Origin: Patescibacteria group bacterium | GTDB taxonomy: Bacteria > Patescibacteriota > Minisyncoccia > Phycocordibacterales > Phycocordibacteraceae | Length of the DNA: 64,000 bases | Direction of reading: 5' to 3' | NCBI GenBank assembly: GCA_018970465.1 | Contig: JAGWWI010000001.1 | Coordinates: 3,430-67,429, forward strand | Part shown: in pieces, positions 24,045-33,033 of the stretch | Layout: every line of letters begins with the position of its first letter | Position numbering within the stretch: the first letter of the stretch is position 1 | Program-made: the position numbers and the translations under genes | The notes under the pieces: generated by a model | What the model was told of the DNA's origin: nothing | The model's input: only the letters and a program-made list of their open reading frames with translations | Database searches by the model: none

Positions 24045-26867
24045 ATGACGCTCAAGCAATCGCACGCTCCCGAAGGCTACAAGCAGCTGCTCGCATACCA
24101 GAAGGCGGAGCGGCTGCAGGAGGCGTGCGCGGCGTTCACGTCCCGTTTCTCCCATTTTTCCCATTCGCCCCATTTCCGCACCCTGATGGCGCTCGCGGAT
24201 CAGATGGACCGCTCCGCCCGCTCGGTGAAGCAGAACATCGTGGAGGGGTGGAAGAGGAATTCGACGAAGGAATACTACGACTTCCTCGGATTCTCGATCG
24301 GCGCGAACGCGGAGCTGCAGGAGGATTGCGACGACATCATCAAGGGCCGGTATGAAATGGGAGGAAAAGGGTTGAAAAGGGAAGAATGGGAGGAAGGGGA
24401 GAAATGGGATATCGAAAGGGTAGAAAAGCTGCCCTTTTACCCCCTTGATTCCCATTTGCCCCTTTTGATCCAGCTCCGGCTGCGCTGCAAAGAATTGAAT
24501 TTCCTGCTCGACAAACTGCAGAAATCTCTCGCCGAGAAGATGCGCGAGGATCACACCCTTTCCGGCGCCGATCGGTTCAACGCGGCTCGCCGCGCGCAAG
24601 CGGAAGAGGATAAGTGGTTTGCAAAAAGTTTGGAGGAGCAAGGGCTCACGCGGCTCTCCAACGGGCAGGTCGTAACAAAGGGAGAAAAGGGTAACAAAGG
24701 GGAGAAAGGAAGCGTCCGCCTTTCCCTTTTTCTCCTATTTTCCCCCTTCCTCCTTTTTTCCTTTTTGCTGCTTCCCGCGCCCGCAGAGGCCGCGCTCACC
24801 CGCCCGCCCAACAACCTCGGCCTCGTCGGCTACTGGCCTTTCGACGAAGGCAGCGGCTCGACTGCGTACGACCGAAGCGGCTTCGGCAACAACGGGACGC
24901 TCGTGAATTCGCCCGCGTGGACGGTGGGGAAGCTGGGCGGGGCACTGAGCTTCAATGGGACGAATCAATACACCACGACGGGAACCACGAGTTTCCCCAC
25001 AGGTTCGTCCGCGCGATCCGTCTTCGCTTGGATTTATGTAGCGGGTTCTACGGGCAACGAGCAAGACGTGTTCTCGTACGGAAACGGCGGAACCACCGTT
25101 CAAGCTTCCAATTTCGGCATGCAAGCTTCGGGGCTCAAGCTCTTTTTTTCGTCTTGGGGATCGGGAAGCGCAACTTTTAACAGCAGTCTTTCCGTGACTA
25201 CTGGCACGTGGCATTTCGTCGGGTATACCCTCACGAGCTCCGGCACCGCCACGCTCTATTTGGATGGAACCTCCGCTCAAGCTACGGGCATGAGCGTTGG
25301 TACGGTCATACCGGCGGTATCGGACGCATCCGTCATAGGATCTGGGCCGAATGGCCAGGAATCTGGCAGATACTTCGACGGTAAGATAGACGACGTCCGC
25401 ATCTACAACCGTGCGCTCTCCGCCGCAGACGTGGCCCGCCTCTACCAGCTCGGCACCGCGGTCGCGGGGCCAACGAAGATCACGAGCCCCACCACCTTCC
25501 TCACCAACGGCCTCGTCGGCTACTGGACTTTCGACGGCAAGAATATGGTCAACAACGTCGCCGACAGCTCCGGCAACGGCAATAACGGCTCGCTCGTCGG
25601 CTTCACCTCGACCACGACCGCCGAGACGCTCGGCAAGATCGGCCAGGCGCTGAATTTTAATGGGACGAATCAGTATGTGCTCGTGCCTGACGCACCAAGT
25701 ATCCGTCTCTCGAACAAGTTCAGCATTTCTTTTTGGTTCAAGACAGCGAACCTTGCTCAAACCAATACCTATATCATGTCGCGCAACAACTCCACGGGCG
25801 GTACTCAAAGTTCCATTATTTTTGGATTCGTGCCGAGTACCATTGAATTCTACGCCTCAGGCTTTAGTGGCTCGGATCCCCGGACCGGTTCTCAAATCAG
25901 CATCTCCGATACCAGATGGCATCAGGTGACCTACACCTACGATGGAACGACGTGGAGTGGCTATCGTGACGGTCAACAGATATTTTCCACCAGCCGCACA
26001 TTTTCGCTCAGTACCGCTTCGCTTGATGGGTGGTACATCGGCTCGGCCAATACATTTGCAAATTTTATCAAGGCGTCACTCGACGACGTCCGCATCTACA
26101 ACCGCGCGCTCTCGGCGAGCGAGGTGCAGGAGCTCTACAACGCCACCGGCGGCGCGCCCACCATTACGCCCGCGGCCGTCGCGGCTGCGGGCCCCGCGCC
26201 CGGGAACCTCGTCGGCTACTGGACATTCAACAACAAGGACATGAACTGGCAGACCGGCATCGCGCTCGACAAGAGCGGCCAAGGCAACAACGGCACGCTC
26301 ATCAACATGAGCACGACGACTTCGCCGGTGGAAGGCAAGGTGGGGCAGGCGCTCAAGTTCAACGGGACGAGTCAGTATGTCAAAGTTTCGAATGGCACGA
26401 TAGTGAAAACGCTTCCCAACTCGTCAATCTCAGCGTGGATAAAAGTCGCGGGAACAGTCGGATCGACCGCTCAAACTATTTACAGTGAAAATGAGCCCCT
26501 GGGAGTCGATTACGGTCTTCTTGTTGAAGGCAGCGGCAACAACGGTTGCGGCGCCAGTACCGCGGGCAGGGCTTCTTTTTATATGGCCAACGGTTCTGAC
26601 CACAACGCCTGCACGACGACGCGTGTCGACGACGGGAAATGGCATTATTTGGTTGCGACGTACTCTGGTGGTTCTGCGATGAACATATACCTCGACGGAG
26701 TATTGAGCGGCTCTGGCACGGGTAGTGCAGCTGCGAGTGCTGCGGCCTCCTACGTCGGCAGGTCCGGGCAGGGAGTCTATTTCAACGGCACCATCGACGA
26801 CGTCCGCATCTACAACACCGCGCTCACGGCCGCGCAGGTCTTGCAGCTCTACAACGCGACGAAGTGA
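24045..26867 (+). CDS. Fusion ORF: an N-terminal four-helix-bundle (TIGR02436/Avd-family) domain, a low-complexity linker and TM, then a LamG/ConA-like surface protein with about 4 LamG domains. It may instead be two genes, with the LamG part starting at an internal ATG near 24538.
   Basis: Residues 1-about 150 read LAYQKAERLQEACAAFTSRF...RSARSVKQNIVEGWKRNSTKEYYDFLGFSIGANAELQEDCDD...LIQLRLRCKELNFLLDKL, a four-helix-bundle pattern. Then comes a TM LFLLFSPFLLFSFLLLPAPAEA|ALTRPPNNLGLVGYW and repeated LamG units ending ...IDDVRIYNRALSA.EV. A 5-codon uORF (ATG 24031 ... TGA) overlaps the start as ATGA. Confidence 0.75.
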   Translation: MTLKQSHAPEGYKQLLAYQKAERLQEACAAFTSRFSHFSHSPHFRTLMALADQMDRSARSVKQNIVEGWKRNSTKEYYDFLGFSIGANAELQEDCDDIIKGRYEMGGKGLKREEWEEGEKWDIERVEKLPFYPLDSHLPLLIQLRLRCKELNFLLDKLQKSLAEKMREDHTLSGADRFNAARRAQAEEDKWFAKSLEEQGLTRLSNGQVVTKGEKGNKGEKGSVRLSLFLLFSPFLLFSFLLLPAPAEAALTRPPNNLGLVGYWPFDEGSGSTAYDRSGFGNNGTLVNSPAWTVGKLGGALSFNGTNQYTTTGTTSFPTGSSARSVFAWIYVAGSTGNEQDVFSYGNGGTTVQASNFGMQASGLKLFFSSWGSGSATFNSSLSVTTGTWHFVGYTLTSSGTATLYLDGTSAQATGMSVGTVIPAVSDASVIGSGPNGQESGRYFDGKIDDVRIYNRALSAADVARLYQLGTAVAGPTKITSPTTFLTNGLVGYWTFDGKNMVNNVADSSGNGNNGSLVGFTSTTTAETLGKIGQALNFNGTNQYVLVPDAPSIRLSNKFSISFWFKTANLAQTNTYIMSRNNSTGGTQSSIIFGFVPSTIEFYASGFSGSDPRTGSQISISDTRWHQVTYTYDGTTWSGYRDGQQIFSTSRTFSLSTASLDGWYIGSANTFANFIKASLDDVRIYNRALSASEVQELYNATGGAPTITPAAVAAAGPAPGNLVGYWTFNNKDMNWQTGIALDKSGQGNNGTLINMSTTTSPVEGKVGQALKFNGTSQYVKVSNGTIVKTLPNSSISAWIKVAGTVGSTAQTIYSENEPLGVDYGLLVEGSGNNGCGASTAGRASFYMANGSDHNACTTTRVDDGKWHYLVATYSGGSAMNIYLDGVLSGSGTGSAAASAAASYVGRSGQGVYFNGTIDDVRIYNTALTAAQVLQLYNATK

Positions 26868-26868
26868 T

Positions 26869-27327
26869 ATGGGAAAGGAGTTTGACCGATGGAATGCGGA
26901 GAAAAAGAAAGCGGATCGCGAAGCGCCGCGACTATACACTGTTCGCGAGATGTGGTGGTGTCGGCTGGGCGTCAATGTGGGTACGGAACAGGACGGCAGC
27001 GGGGAGAAGTTTCTCCGGCCGGTTGTCATCCTGCGCGGATTCGCTGCCGACGCTTGTCTGGTCGTCCCGCTCACCACTTCGCAGCGCGGGCATCGCTTGC
27101 GCGTTTCCGTAGGCATTGTCGACGGGAAGCGGACGCTGGCCAACCTTTCGCAGATTCGCGTCGTCGATACTCGACGACTGGTAGAAAAGATAGGCTTCCT
27201 CGATAATGGATATTTTCGAATTGCGAAAAGCCGCTCACAGTCTCGTGTGAGCGGCCCTGCGAACATTCTCCCCTTTGCAGGGGTGAGGCCGAAGCCAACT
27301 ATGGCTCCCATCATAGGAGCGCCATAG
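26869..27327 (+). CDS. MazF/PemK/Kid-family toxin-like protein, paralog of 21373..21816, with no adjacent antitoxin.
   Basis: MGKEFDRWNAEKKKADREAPRLYTVREMWWCRLGVNVGTEQDGSGEKFLRPVVILRG...LVVPLTTSQRG...LANLSQIRVVDTRRLVEKIGFL shows the same block structure as the first copy. Its ATG lies 1 nt after the LamG gene stop. Confidence 0.7.
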   Translation: MGKEFDRWNAEKKKADREAPRLYTVREMWWCRLGVNVGTEQDGSGEKFLRPVVILRGFAADACLVVPLTTSQRGHRLRVSVGIVDGKRTLANLSQIRVVDTRRLVEKIGFLDNGYFRIAKSRSQSRVSGPANILPFAGVRPKPTMAPIIGAP

Positions 27328-27398
27328 TAAAAGTCAAGTGAATATCACCATCCCGGTCCCCGCTACCCGGCGGGCCGGTAGCGTATCATGGAGGGCAT

Positions 27399-27932
27399 AT
27401 GAAGAACTTCCTCTGGTCGCTCGCCATTATCCTTGTCGTCGCCCTCGGCATCTGGGCCGCGCTCCGCTACGGGCGCGGCGGGGCGGTCGACCTCTGGGGC
27501 GCAGGCTCCTCTGCGAGCTCGACGCCCGCGGGCGACGCGGGCACCTACACCGAAGACTCGCTCGGCTTCTCCTTCGCCGTCCCGCCCGGCATGCACACGC
27601 AAAAATTGCTCGACGACAACGGCGAGACGATCCTCGTACAGCCCGCAGGGAGCGACGACGGATTCCAGGTCTACATCACCGCCTATGGCGACGATGCGAG
27701 TTCGATCACCAAAGCGAACATCGAGAAGCAGGCAGGTATGACGGTCGCGAATGATTCGCCGATCACTGTTGCGAATGTCGCACGAGGCCTCGAGTTCACC
27801 TCCACGGGCGACAATCCGCCCACTCTCCAGGCCTGGTTCGTCTACAACGGCAACCTCTACCAGGCGCAGACGTGGGCGAGCGATCCCGCGCTCATGCAGC
27901 AGATCTTGGGCTCGTGGAAGTTCACGCAGTGA
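27399..27932 (+). CDS. Hypothetical secreted or membrane-anchored protein (177 aa).
   Basis: N-terminal TM helix, SD GGAGGG 4 nt upstream, clean ORF. Confidence 0.6.
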   Translation: MKNFLWSLAIILVVALGIWAALRYGRGGAVDLWGAGSSASSTPAGDAGTYTEDSLGFSFAVPPGMHTQKLLDDNGETILVQPAGSDDGFQVYITAYGDDASSITKANIEKQAGMTVANDSPITVANVARGLEFTSTGDNPPTLQAWFVYNGNLYQAQTWASDPALMQQILGSWKFTQ

Positions 27933-27948
27933 CGCGCGCGGCCTGGCG

Positions 27949-28434
27949 CTAGAACTTTGCGAGGCGGCGGGCGTGGCGCGGGAGGCCCGAGAAGGGGGTC
28001 GCGACGAAGATGCGGACGGCCTCGAGCGCTTCTGCATCGGTGAGGAAGCGCGTGCCGAGGGAGAGGATGTTCGCGTCGTTGTGCGCCCGCGCGAGGCGGA
28101 CGAGGTCGTAGCCGTCACCTCCTGCGGTAGTGCCCTCGATCTCGATCGCTCCCGTCGCGCTCCGGGGGCCATAGAAGACGGCGGCGCGCGCGCCTTTGAC
28201 GCGGTTCGCCGCCATCGCCTCGCCCTCGCCCGAGCCGCCGATCGCGACGCCGAGCGCGCCCGGCTCCGCGGCGACGCGCTCGGCGAGCGGGGTGATGAAG
28301 TCCGGATAATCGTCCGCGGGGTCAAGCGCCGTCGCGCCGAGGTCGAGCGCTTCGCGCCCCTCGGCCGCGAGCGCGTCGAGGAGGGAACGCTTCAAGTCGA
28401 AGCCCGCGTGGTCGCTCGCCAAATAGAGGCGCAT
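27949..28434 (-). CDS. rpiB: Ribose-5-phosphate isomerase B (RpiB/LacAB family).
   Basis: MRLYLASDHAGFDLKRSLLDAL...GVAIGGSGEGEAMAANRVKGARAA...ANILSLGTRF matches the conserved RpiB blocks, including the Cys-less LacAB-type active region. Confidence 0.88.
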   Translation of the reverse strand: MRLYLASDHAGFDLKRSLLDALAAEGREALDLGATALDPADDYPDFITPLAERVAAEPGALGVAIGGSGEGEAMAANRVKGARAAVFYGPRSATGAIEIEGTTAGGDGYDLVRLARAHNDANILSLGTRFLTDAEALEAVRIFVATPFSGLPRHARRLAKF

Positions 28435-28435
28435 G

Positions 28436-28675
28436 CTAACGCGGGTGGGCTGCCGTCGAGCTCGCCTCGGCCGACCCGGGCGCCTTCGGGGTCGGCGCGG
28501 GCGACGCGGCGGCAGCGCCGATAACCCCGGCAGGGAAGAAGAGCTTCACGACCGGCCCGGTCGCGAGGATAAGCAGGAGAATGAGGATGATAAGCACGGC
28601 GCCGAAGGTTGCGCGCAGGCTCCGCAGCTCGCGCTCGACCGCGTTCAATTTCTTCAAGACAGGATCCGAATCCAT
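28436..28675 (-). CDS. Small hypothetical membrane protein (79 aa), directly upstream of rpiB.
   Basis: N-terminal amphipathic segment plus one TM helix. Its stop lies 1 nt from the rpiB start. Confidence 0.45.
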   Translation of the reverse strand: MDSDPVLKKLNAVERELRSLRATFGAVLIILILLLILATGPVVKLFFPAGVIGAAAASPAPTPKAPGSAEASSTAAHPR

Positions 28676-28724
28676 TGCTGCCAGTATACCAAGGCCGATA
28701 CGGGTGCGCGGCCGTTTCTCACAG

Positions 28725-29006
28725 CTACGAAGCAGGCGGCGCCCAGCCGGGCGGCGCGCCGGGCGGCGGCGTCACGTGCCCGGTAGGGAGCTTCGCGCTC
28801 CCCGCGAGGGCCGGGATGAGGAGGTAGAGCGCGATCGCACCCGCGACAAGCGCGACGCCGAGGAGCACGTAGCTCGCCTGGCGCTCGTCGGCAATCGCGC
28901 CGCCCGAGAGTTCTACGAGGAGCGCGGCGAAGGAGCGGCGCTCCTCAGCGGCGGCCGCCGCGGGAAGCGTGTCCTGCGAATCGAAGCTGATCTGCTCTTG
29001 ATCCAT
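28725..29006 (-). CDS. Pilin-associated small single-pass membrane protein, family member 1.
   Basis: The product MDQEQISFDSQD...AIADERQASYVLLGVALVAGAIALYLLIP is paralogous to 30592..30873 and 36988..37236, which share an acidic N-terminus, a KDERQA-type motif and one TM. It lies 11 nt downstream of the pilin 1 stop. Confidence 0.55.
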   Translation of the reverse strand: MDQEQISFDSQDTLPAAAAAEERRSFAALLVELSGGAIADERQASYVLLGVALVAGAIALYLLIPALAGSAKLPTGHVTPPPGAPPGWAPPAS

Positions 29007-29017
29007 ATTCGGAAAGA

Positions 29018-29509
29018 TTAATTGCTGAGCCAATACCAATTCGGGCCGCCGTTCCCGCACCCTGCTGAAGAGGGGTTCCCCTGCGCCGCGGGCGGATTAT
29101 TCTCGAGGTTGACCGCGAGCACGTAGTGCTGGCCGCCCGAGAGCTGGCAGTACTCGTAAATATGGCAATTCGGCGTCGAGCCGCAGTTGCCGAGGTCGAT
29201 GTTCTGCGGATCGACCGGCACCTGCGAGATGTAGGTCGAGGCGAGGCCGCCCGTCCAGCACGCGCCCCAGCTGCTCCAGGAGCCCGCCTGGCCGCAGAAC
29301 TGCGGATATGTGTTGTGGTCGCTGTAGTAGAGCTCGAGCGCGGTCTGGATCGATTGCAGGTCGCTCTCGCGCCGGGCGTCGCGGCTCTTCGAGCGCGCGG
29401 TGTTCAAGGAGGCGAGCACGATCGAAGACAGGAGCCCGATGATCGCGATCACGACCAAGAGCTCGATGAGCGTGAAGCCTCGATTATGCTGCGGCAGCCG
29501 CAAGGACAT
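29018..29509 (-). CDS. Type IV pilin-like protein (prepilin-type N-terminal cleavage/methylation domain, GspG/PulG-like), paralog 1.
   Basis: Leader MSLRLPQHNRG|FTLIELLVVIAIIGLLSSIVLASLNTAR..., followed by a Cys-rich C-terminal domain. Its leader overlaps the last codons of gap. Confidence 0.85.
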   Translation of the reverse strand: MSLRLPQHNRGFTLIELLVVIAIIGLLSSIVLASLNTARSKSRDARRESDLQSIQTALELYYSDHNTYPQFCGQAGSWSSWGACWTGGLASTYISQVPVDPQNIDLGNCGSTPNCHIYEYCQLSGGQHYVLAVNLENNPPAAQGNPSSAGCGNGGPNWYWLSN

Positions 29510-30497
29510 GGCGCACGAGGGATTCGGTGTAGCCCATCTCGTTGTCGTACCAGGCGAGGACCTTGACGAGGTTGCCGCCGACGACGCGCGTCATCCCGAG
29601 GTCGGCGATCGAGGCGGTCGCTTCGCCGACGATGTCGGAGGAGACGAGCTCTTCGTCGGAGGCGGCGAAGATGCCCTCCCAGCGCGCCTCCCTGGCCGCG
29701 TCGCGGAGAAAGCCGTTCACCTCCTCGGCAGAGGTGTCGCGCTTCGCGATGAAGGTGATGTCCGCGATCGACCCCGCCGGGACGGGGACGCGGAGCGATA
29801 TGCCGTCGAATTTATCCACGAGCTCGGGATACGCCTTGGTGACCGCGATCGCCGCGCCGGTCGAGGTCGGGACGATGTTCGCGGCGCCCGCGCGGCCCTC
29901 CTTCATATCCTTCTTCGATGGGCCGTCGACGATCGACTGCGAGGCGGTGTAGGCGTGGGTCGTCGAGAGGATGGCCTTCTCGATGCCGAGCTTCTCGTTC
30001 AAGATCGCGATCACGGGAGAGGCGGCGTTCGTGGTGCAGGAGGCGTTCGAGGTGACCGGGCAGGCGGCGAAGCGGTCTTCGTTCACGCCCATGAGGACGG
30101 TCGCGCCGGCGACGCCCTCGTCGCCCTTAGCAGGCGCGCTGATGACGACGCGCCGCGCGCCCGCCGTCACGTGTGCGCCTGCAGCCGCGAACTCGGTGAA
30201 GAAGCCGGTCGATTCGACGACGACGTCGACCGCGAGCTCCTTCCAGGGAAGCGCAGCCGGATCCTTCTCGCTACAGAAGCGCACGACCTGATCGCCCATC
30301 CGCAGATTGCCGCCCTCGATCGCGACCGGGAAGGGCGGGCGCTTGTAGACGGTGTCGTGCGCGAGGAGGTACGCGAGGTTCTCGAGGGAGCCGAGGTCGT
30401 TGACTGCCACGATCTCGACCCCGCGCCCCCACGACCGGCGCGCGAACGCTCTGCCAATCCGCCCGAACCCGTTTATCGCTACGCGTATGTCAGCCAT
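29484..30497 (-). CDS. gap: Glyceraldehyde-3-phosphate dehydrogenase, type I.
   Basis: NAD-binding motif INGFGRIGR, active-site ASCTTNA, and WYDNEMGY at the C-terminus. The start is an internal ATG (MADIRVAINGFGRIGR) of track ORF 29484..30614. Confidence 0.92.
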   Translation of the reverse strand: MADIRVAINGFGRIGRAFARRSWGRGVEIVAVNDLGSLENLAYLLAHDTVYKRPPFPVAIEGGNLRMGDQVVRFCSEKDPAALPWKELAVDVVVESTGFFTEFAAAGAHVTAGARRVVISAPAKGDEGVAGATVLMGVNEDRFAACPVTSNASCTTNAASPVIAILNEKLGIEKAILSTTHAYTASQSIVDGPSKKDMKEGRAGAANIVPTSTGAAIAVTKAYPELVDKFDGISLRVPVPAGSIADITFIAKRDTSAEEVNGFLRDAAREARWEGIFAASDEELVSSDIVGEATASIADLGMTRVVGGNLVKVLAWYDNEMGYTESLVRHVLAAAAA

Positions 30498-30591
30498 ATG
30501 CGCCCATGGTAGCACTGCCGCGAGGCGGTAATCCACACCCGCGAGGGGTGCCTCGGCGGGCGGCCCGGCCCCGATGCTATGCTTACCCTCG

Positions 30592-30873
30592 ATGGATGAA
30601 GGGCGGCAGCTCACGATAGATGAACAAGGGGATGCCTACGCTCGGCCAATGCCGGATACCGCGCCCCGGGGCATCACGGGCCTCGTAATCCGGTGGGGCC
30701 TCGCCAAAGACGCGCGGAGCGCCGGGTACGTACTCCTCGGGACAGCGGTCGGGGTGGCCGTGCTCGCGTTCGTCATGCCGATGGTGATCGGCGGAGGCGG
30801 GCGGAGCGCGGGCGTCCCGCAGTCGGTCATCGATGCGAAGACGCCGTCGACGGGTACCGCGCCCTCCCTCTAG
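30592..30873 (+). CDS. Pilin-associated small single-pass membrane protein, family member 2.
   Basis: The product MDEGRQLTIDEQGDAYARPMPDTAPRGITGLVIRWGLAKDARSAGYVLLGTAVGVAVLAFVMP has its stop 2 nt before the pilin 2 ATG. The alternative start at 30574 would overlap the divergent gap region. Confidence 0.55.
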   Translation: MDEGRQLTIDEQGDAYARPMPDTAPRGITGLVIRWGLAKDARSAGYVLLGTAVGVAVLAFVMPMVIGGGGRSAGVPQSVIDAKTPSTGTAPSL

Positions 30874-30875
30874 CC

Positions 30876-31385
30876 ATGCATCGCTCGCGCGGCTTCACCC
30901 TCATCGAGCTCCTGGTGGTCATCGCCATCATCGGGCTCTTGTCGAGCATCGTGCTCGCCTCGTTGAACACGGCACGGCAGAAAGGTTTCGACGCCCAACG
31001 AGTATCGAACATGCGCGCGATACAAACGGCGCTCGAGCTTTACTACAACGATCACGGTCAGTATCCGCCTGGCAACGGTTCTAATTACGGCTGGGCGAGT
31101 CAATGCCCCGCGTGGGGAGGCGTGACGGCGAGCAACGTCATCCCCGGGCTCACGCCGAGTTATATGGCCTCCTTCCCCACCGACCCGCAGATGAATACGA
31201 GTGCCAGTACCTGCTGCTACCTCTATATCGCCGGCAACGGGGACCAGGATTATAAGCTTCTCCTCCACAACTGCCCAACCTCCTACGCTTGCTATGGCAC
31301 TGGGGAGGCGACGAGCGGTTTCTATGATCCTGTTCGGCCTACCTGGGCCTGCCAAATATCGACTCCTGGCGCGCAGGGTTGGTAA
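30876..31385 (+). CDS. Type IV pilin-like protein, paralog 2.
   Basis: MHRSRG|FTLIELLVVIAIIGLLSSIVLASLNTARQKGFDAQRVSNMRAIQTALELYYNDHGQYP..., with a Cys-rich C-terminus. The N-terminal DNA is about 90% identical to pilin 3. Confidence 0.85.
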   Translation: MHRSRGFTLIELLVVIAIIGLLSSIVLASLNTARQKGFDAQRVSNMRAIQTALELYYNDHGQYPPGNGSNYGWASQCPAWGGVTASNVIPGLTPSYMASFPTDPQMNTSASTCCYLYIAGNGDQDYKLLLHNCPTSYACYGTGEATSGFYDPVRPTWACQISTPGAQGW

Positions 31386-31407
31386 GGTGCGACGCTATAC
31401 TGCGTCC

Positions 31408-33033
31408 ATGAGCGCAATCATTCCCGCTATACTGCCGCGGACGCGCGAGGAGCTTGCGGCGGCGCTTCGGAAGCTTGCGCCGATTGCGGGCGTCACGGTC
31501 GTGCAGATCGACGCGGTCGACGGGCGCTTCGTCGCATCGGCCTCCTGGCCGTATGCGGAGCCCGCGCGTCTCGGAGCAGCGGATCTGGCACGCGAGCTGC
31601 AGGACGTGCTCGCGCCCTATGCAGGGCGCTTTGTAATCGACGCGGACCTCATGGTCGCCGACCAGATCGAGGCGGCGGAGGCGTGGCTTGCCGCGGGCGC
31701 CTCGCGGGTGACGCTCCACATCGAGGCGCTCGGCGAGCCGCTCCGCGCGCTCGCCGCTCTCGAGCACCGGCTTGGCCGCCGGCAGGGCGGGAAGCCCTAC
31801 GAGCTCGGGCTCGCCGCCGGGCTCGGCACCGACCTCGCGCGCCTCGCGTCGCTCATCCCGCACGCGCGGCCCGACTACGTGCAGTTGATGGGCATCCGGA
31901 CCATCGGCCGGCAGCACGAGCCCTTTGACGCGCGCGTCCTCGCGCGCGTCAGGGCGCTCCGCGCGCGCTATCCGCGGCTCGTGATCCAGGTTGACGGCGG
32001 CGTCTCGGCGGAGACGACGCGCGCCTTGATCGACGCGGGCGCCGACCGGCTCGTCGCCGGGCACGCGATCCTCGGCGCCGCCGACTCGGCGGCCGCGTTC
32101 GCCTCGCTCGCTACGATCGCGGCGGGCGACGCGCGGTATGATGAAGCCATGCCGTTGACCGATGGAGATGTGCGAGCGATCGCCGAGAAGGCGAACGAGA
32201 TCCGCGAGACGATCGTCGAGATGCTCGTCGCCGCGGGCTCGGGGCACACTGCGGGCCCGCTTGGCTTGGCGGACATCTTCGCCGCCTTCTACTTCCACAT
32301 CCTCCGCCACGACCCGAAGAACCCGGAGTGGGAGGGGCGCGACCGCCTCATCCTCTCGAACGGCCACACTTGCCCCGTCCGCTACGCGGCGATGGCGCAC
32401 GCGGGGTACTTCCCGGCCGAGGAGTGTCTTACGCTGCGGAAGTTCGGCTCGCGCCTCCAGGGCCACCCCGAGCGCGTGCGGCTCCCCGGGCTCGAGACGA
32501 CCTCCGGCCCCTTAGGCGAAGGGCTCGCGCAGGCCGCGGGTATGGCCCTCGCCTTGCGGATGCAGGGGGAGAGAAACAGAGTGTATTGCGTCGTCTCCGA
32601 CGGCGAGCAGGACGAGGGGAATACCTGGGAGGCAGCCCTCTTCGCCGGGAAATATAAGCTCGGGAACCTCACCGCGATCATGGATCGCAATAACATACAA
32701 ATAGATGGGGTGACGGAAGACGTCATGCCGCTAGAGCCCATCAAGGATAAGTACGAGGCCTTCGGCTGGCACGTCCTCGAATGCTCGGGGCACGACATCC
32801 GCGCGTTCGTCGCGGCGGTCGAGGAGGCGAAGGCGATCTACGAGAAGCCGACGATGATCATCGCTCACACGATCCCCGGCCGCGGCGTCCCCGAGATCGA
32901 GTTCGACTACCGCTGGCATGGCGTCCCGCCTGGCGCAGGTCCCGAGGACGTCTGGAAGAAGGGCGAGCAGGGCGCCGCGATGCTGCGCGAACTCCGCACG
33001 CTCGGAGGCCGTCTCCCGCACGAATATGCTTAG
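31408..33033 (+). CDS. Fusion protein: a ribulose-phosphate 3-epimerase-like TIM barrel (N-terminal, about 235 aa) followed by the transketolase N-terminal (TPP-binding PP) section.
   Basis: The N-terminal half parallels Rpe blocks: IIPAILP..., VQIDAVDGRFV, DADLMV, AGASRVTLHIEA, VQLMGI, IQVDGGV and AGADRLVAGHAILG. The C-terminal half reads GSGHTAGPLGLADIFAAFYFHILRHDPKNPEWEGRDRLILSNGH...GPLGEGL...VSDGEQDEGNTWEA...NLTAIMDRNNIQIDG, a transketolase N-terminal pattern. The ORF is continuous with no stop. Confidence 0.75.
   Translation: MSAIIPAILPRTREELAAALRKLAPIAGVTVVQIDAVDGRFVASASWPYAEPARLGAADLARELQDVLAPYAGRFVIDADLMVADQIEAAEAWLAAGASRVTLHIEALGEPLRALAALEHRLGRRQGGKPYELGLAAGLGTDLARLASLIPHARPDYVQLMGIRTIGRQHEPFDARVLARVRALRARYPRLVIQVDGGVSAETTRALIDAGADRLVAGHAILGAADSAAAFASLATIAAGDARYDEAMPLTDGDVRAIAEKANEIRETIVEMLVAAGSGHTAGPLGLADIFAAFYFHILRHDPKNPEWEGRDRLILSNGHTCPVRYAAMAHAGYFPAEECLTLRKFGSRLQGHPERVRLPGLETTSGPLGEGLAQAAGMALALRMQGERNRVYCVVSDGEQDEGNTWEAALFAGKYKLGNLTAIMDRNNIQIDGVTEDVMPLEPIKDKYEAFGWHVLECSGHDIRAFVAAVEEAKAIYEKPTMIIAHTIPGRGVPEIEFDYRWHGVPPGAGPEDVWKKGEQGAAMLRELRTLGGRLPHEYA

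Noticed and set aside
24031-24048. 5-codon mini-ORF (MKTVV*) before the four-helix-bundle/LamG fusion gene.
   Set aside because: Too short to call as a gene. It is mentioned only as a possible coupling or leader element in the relevant finding.
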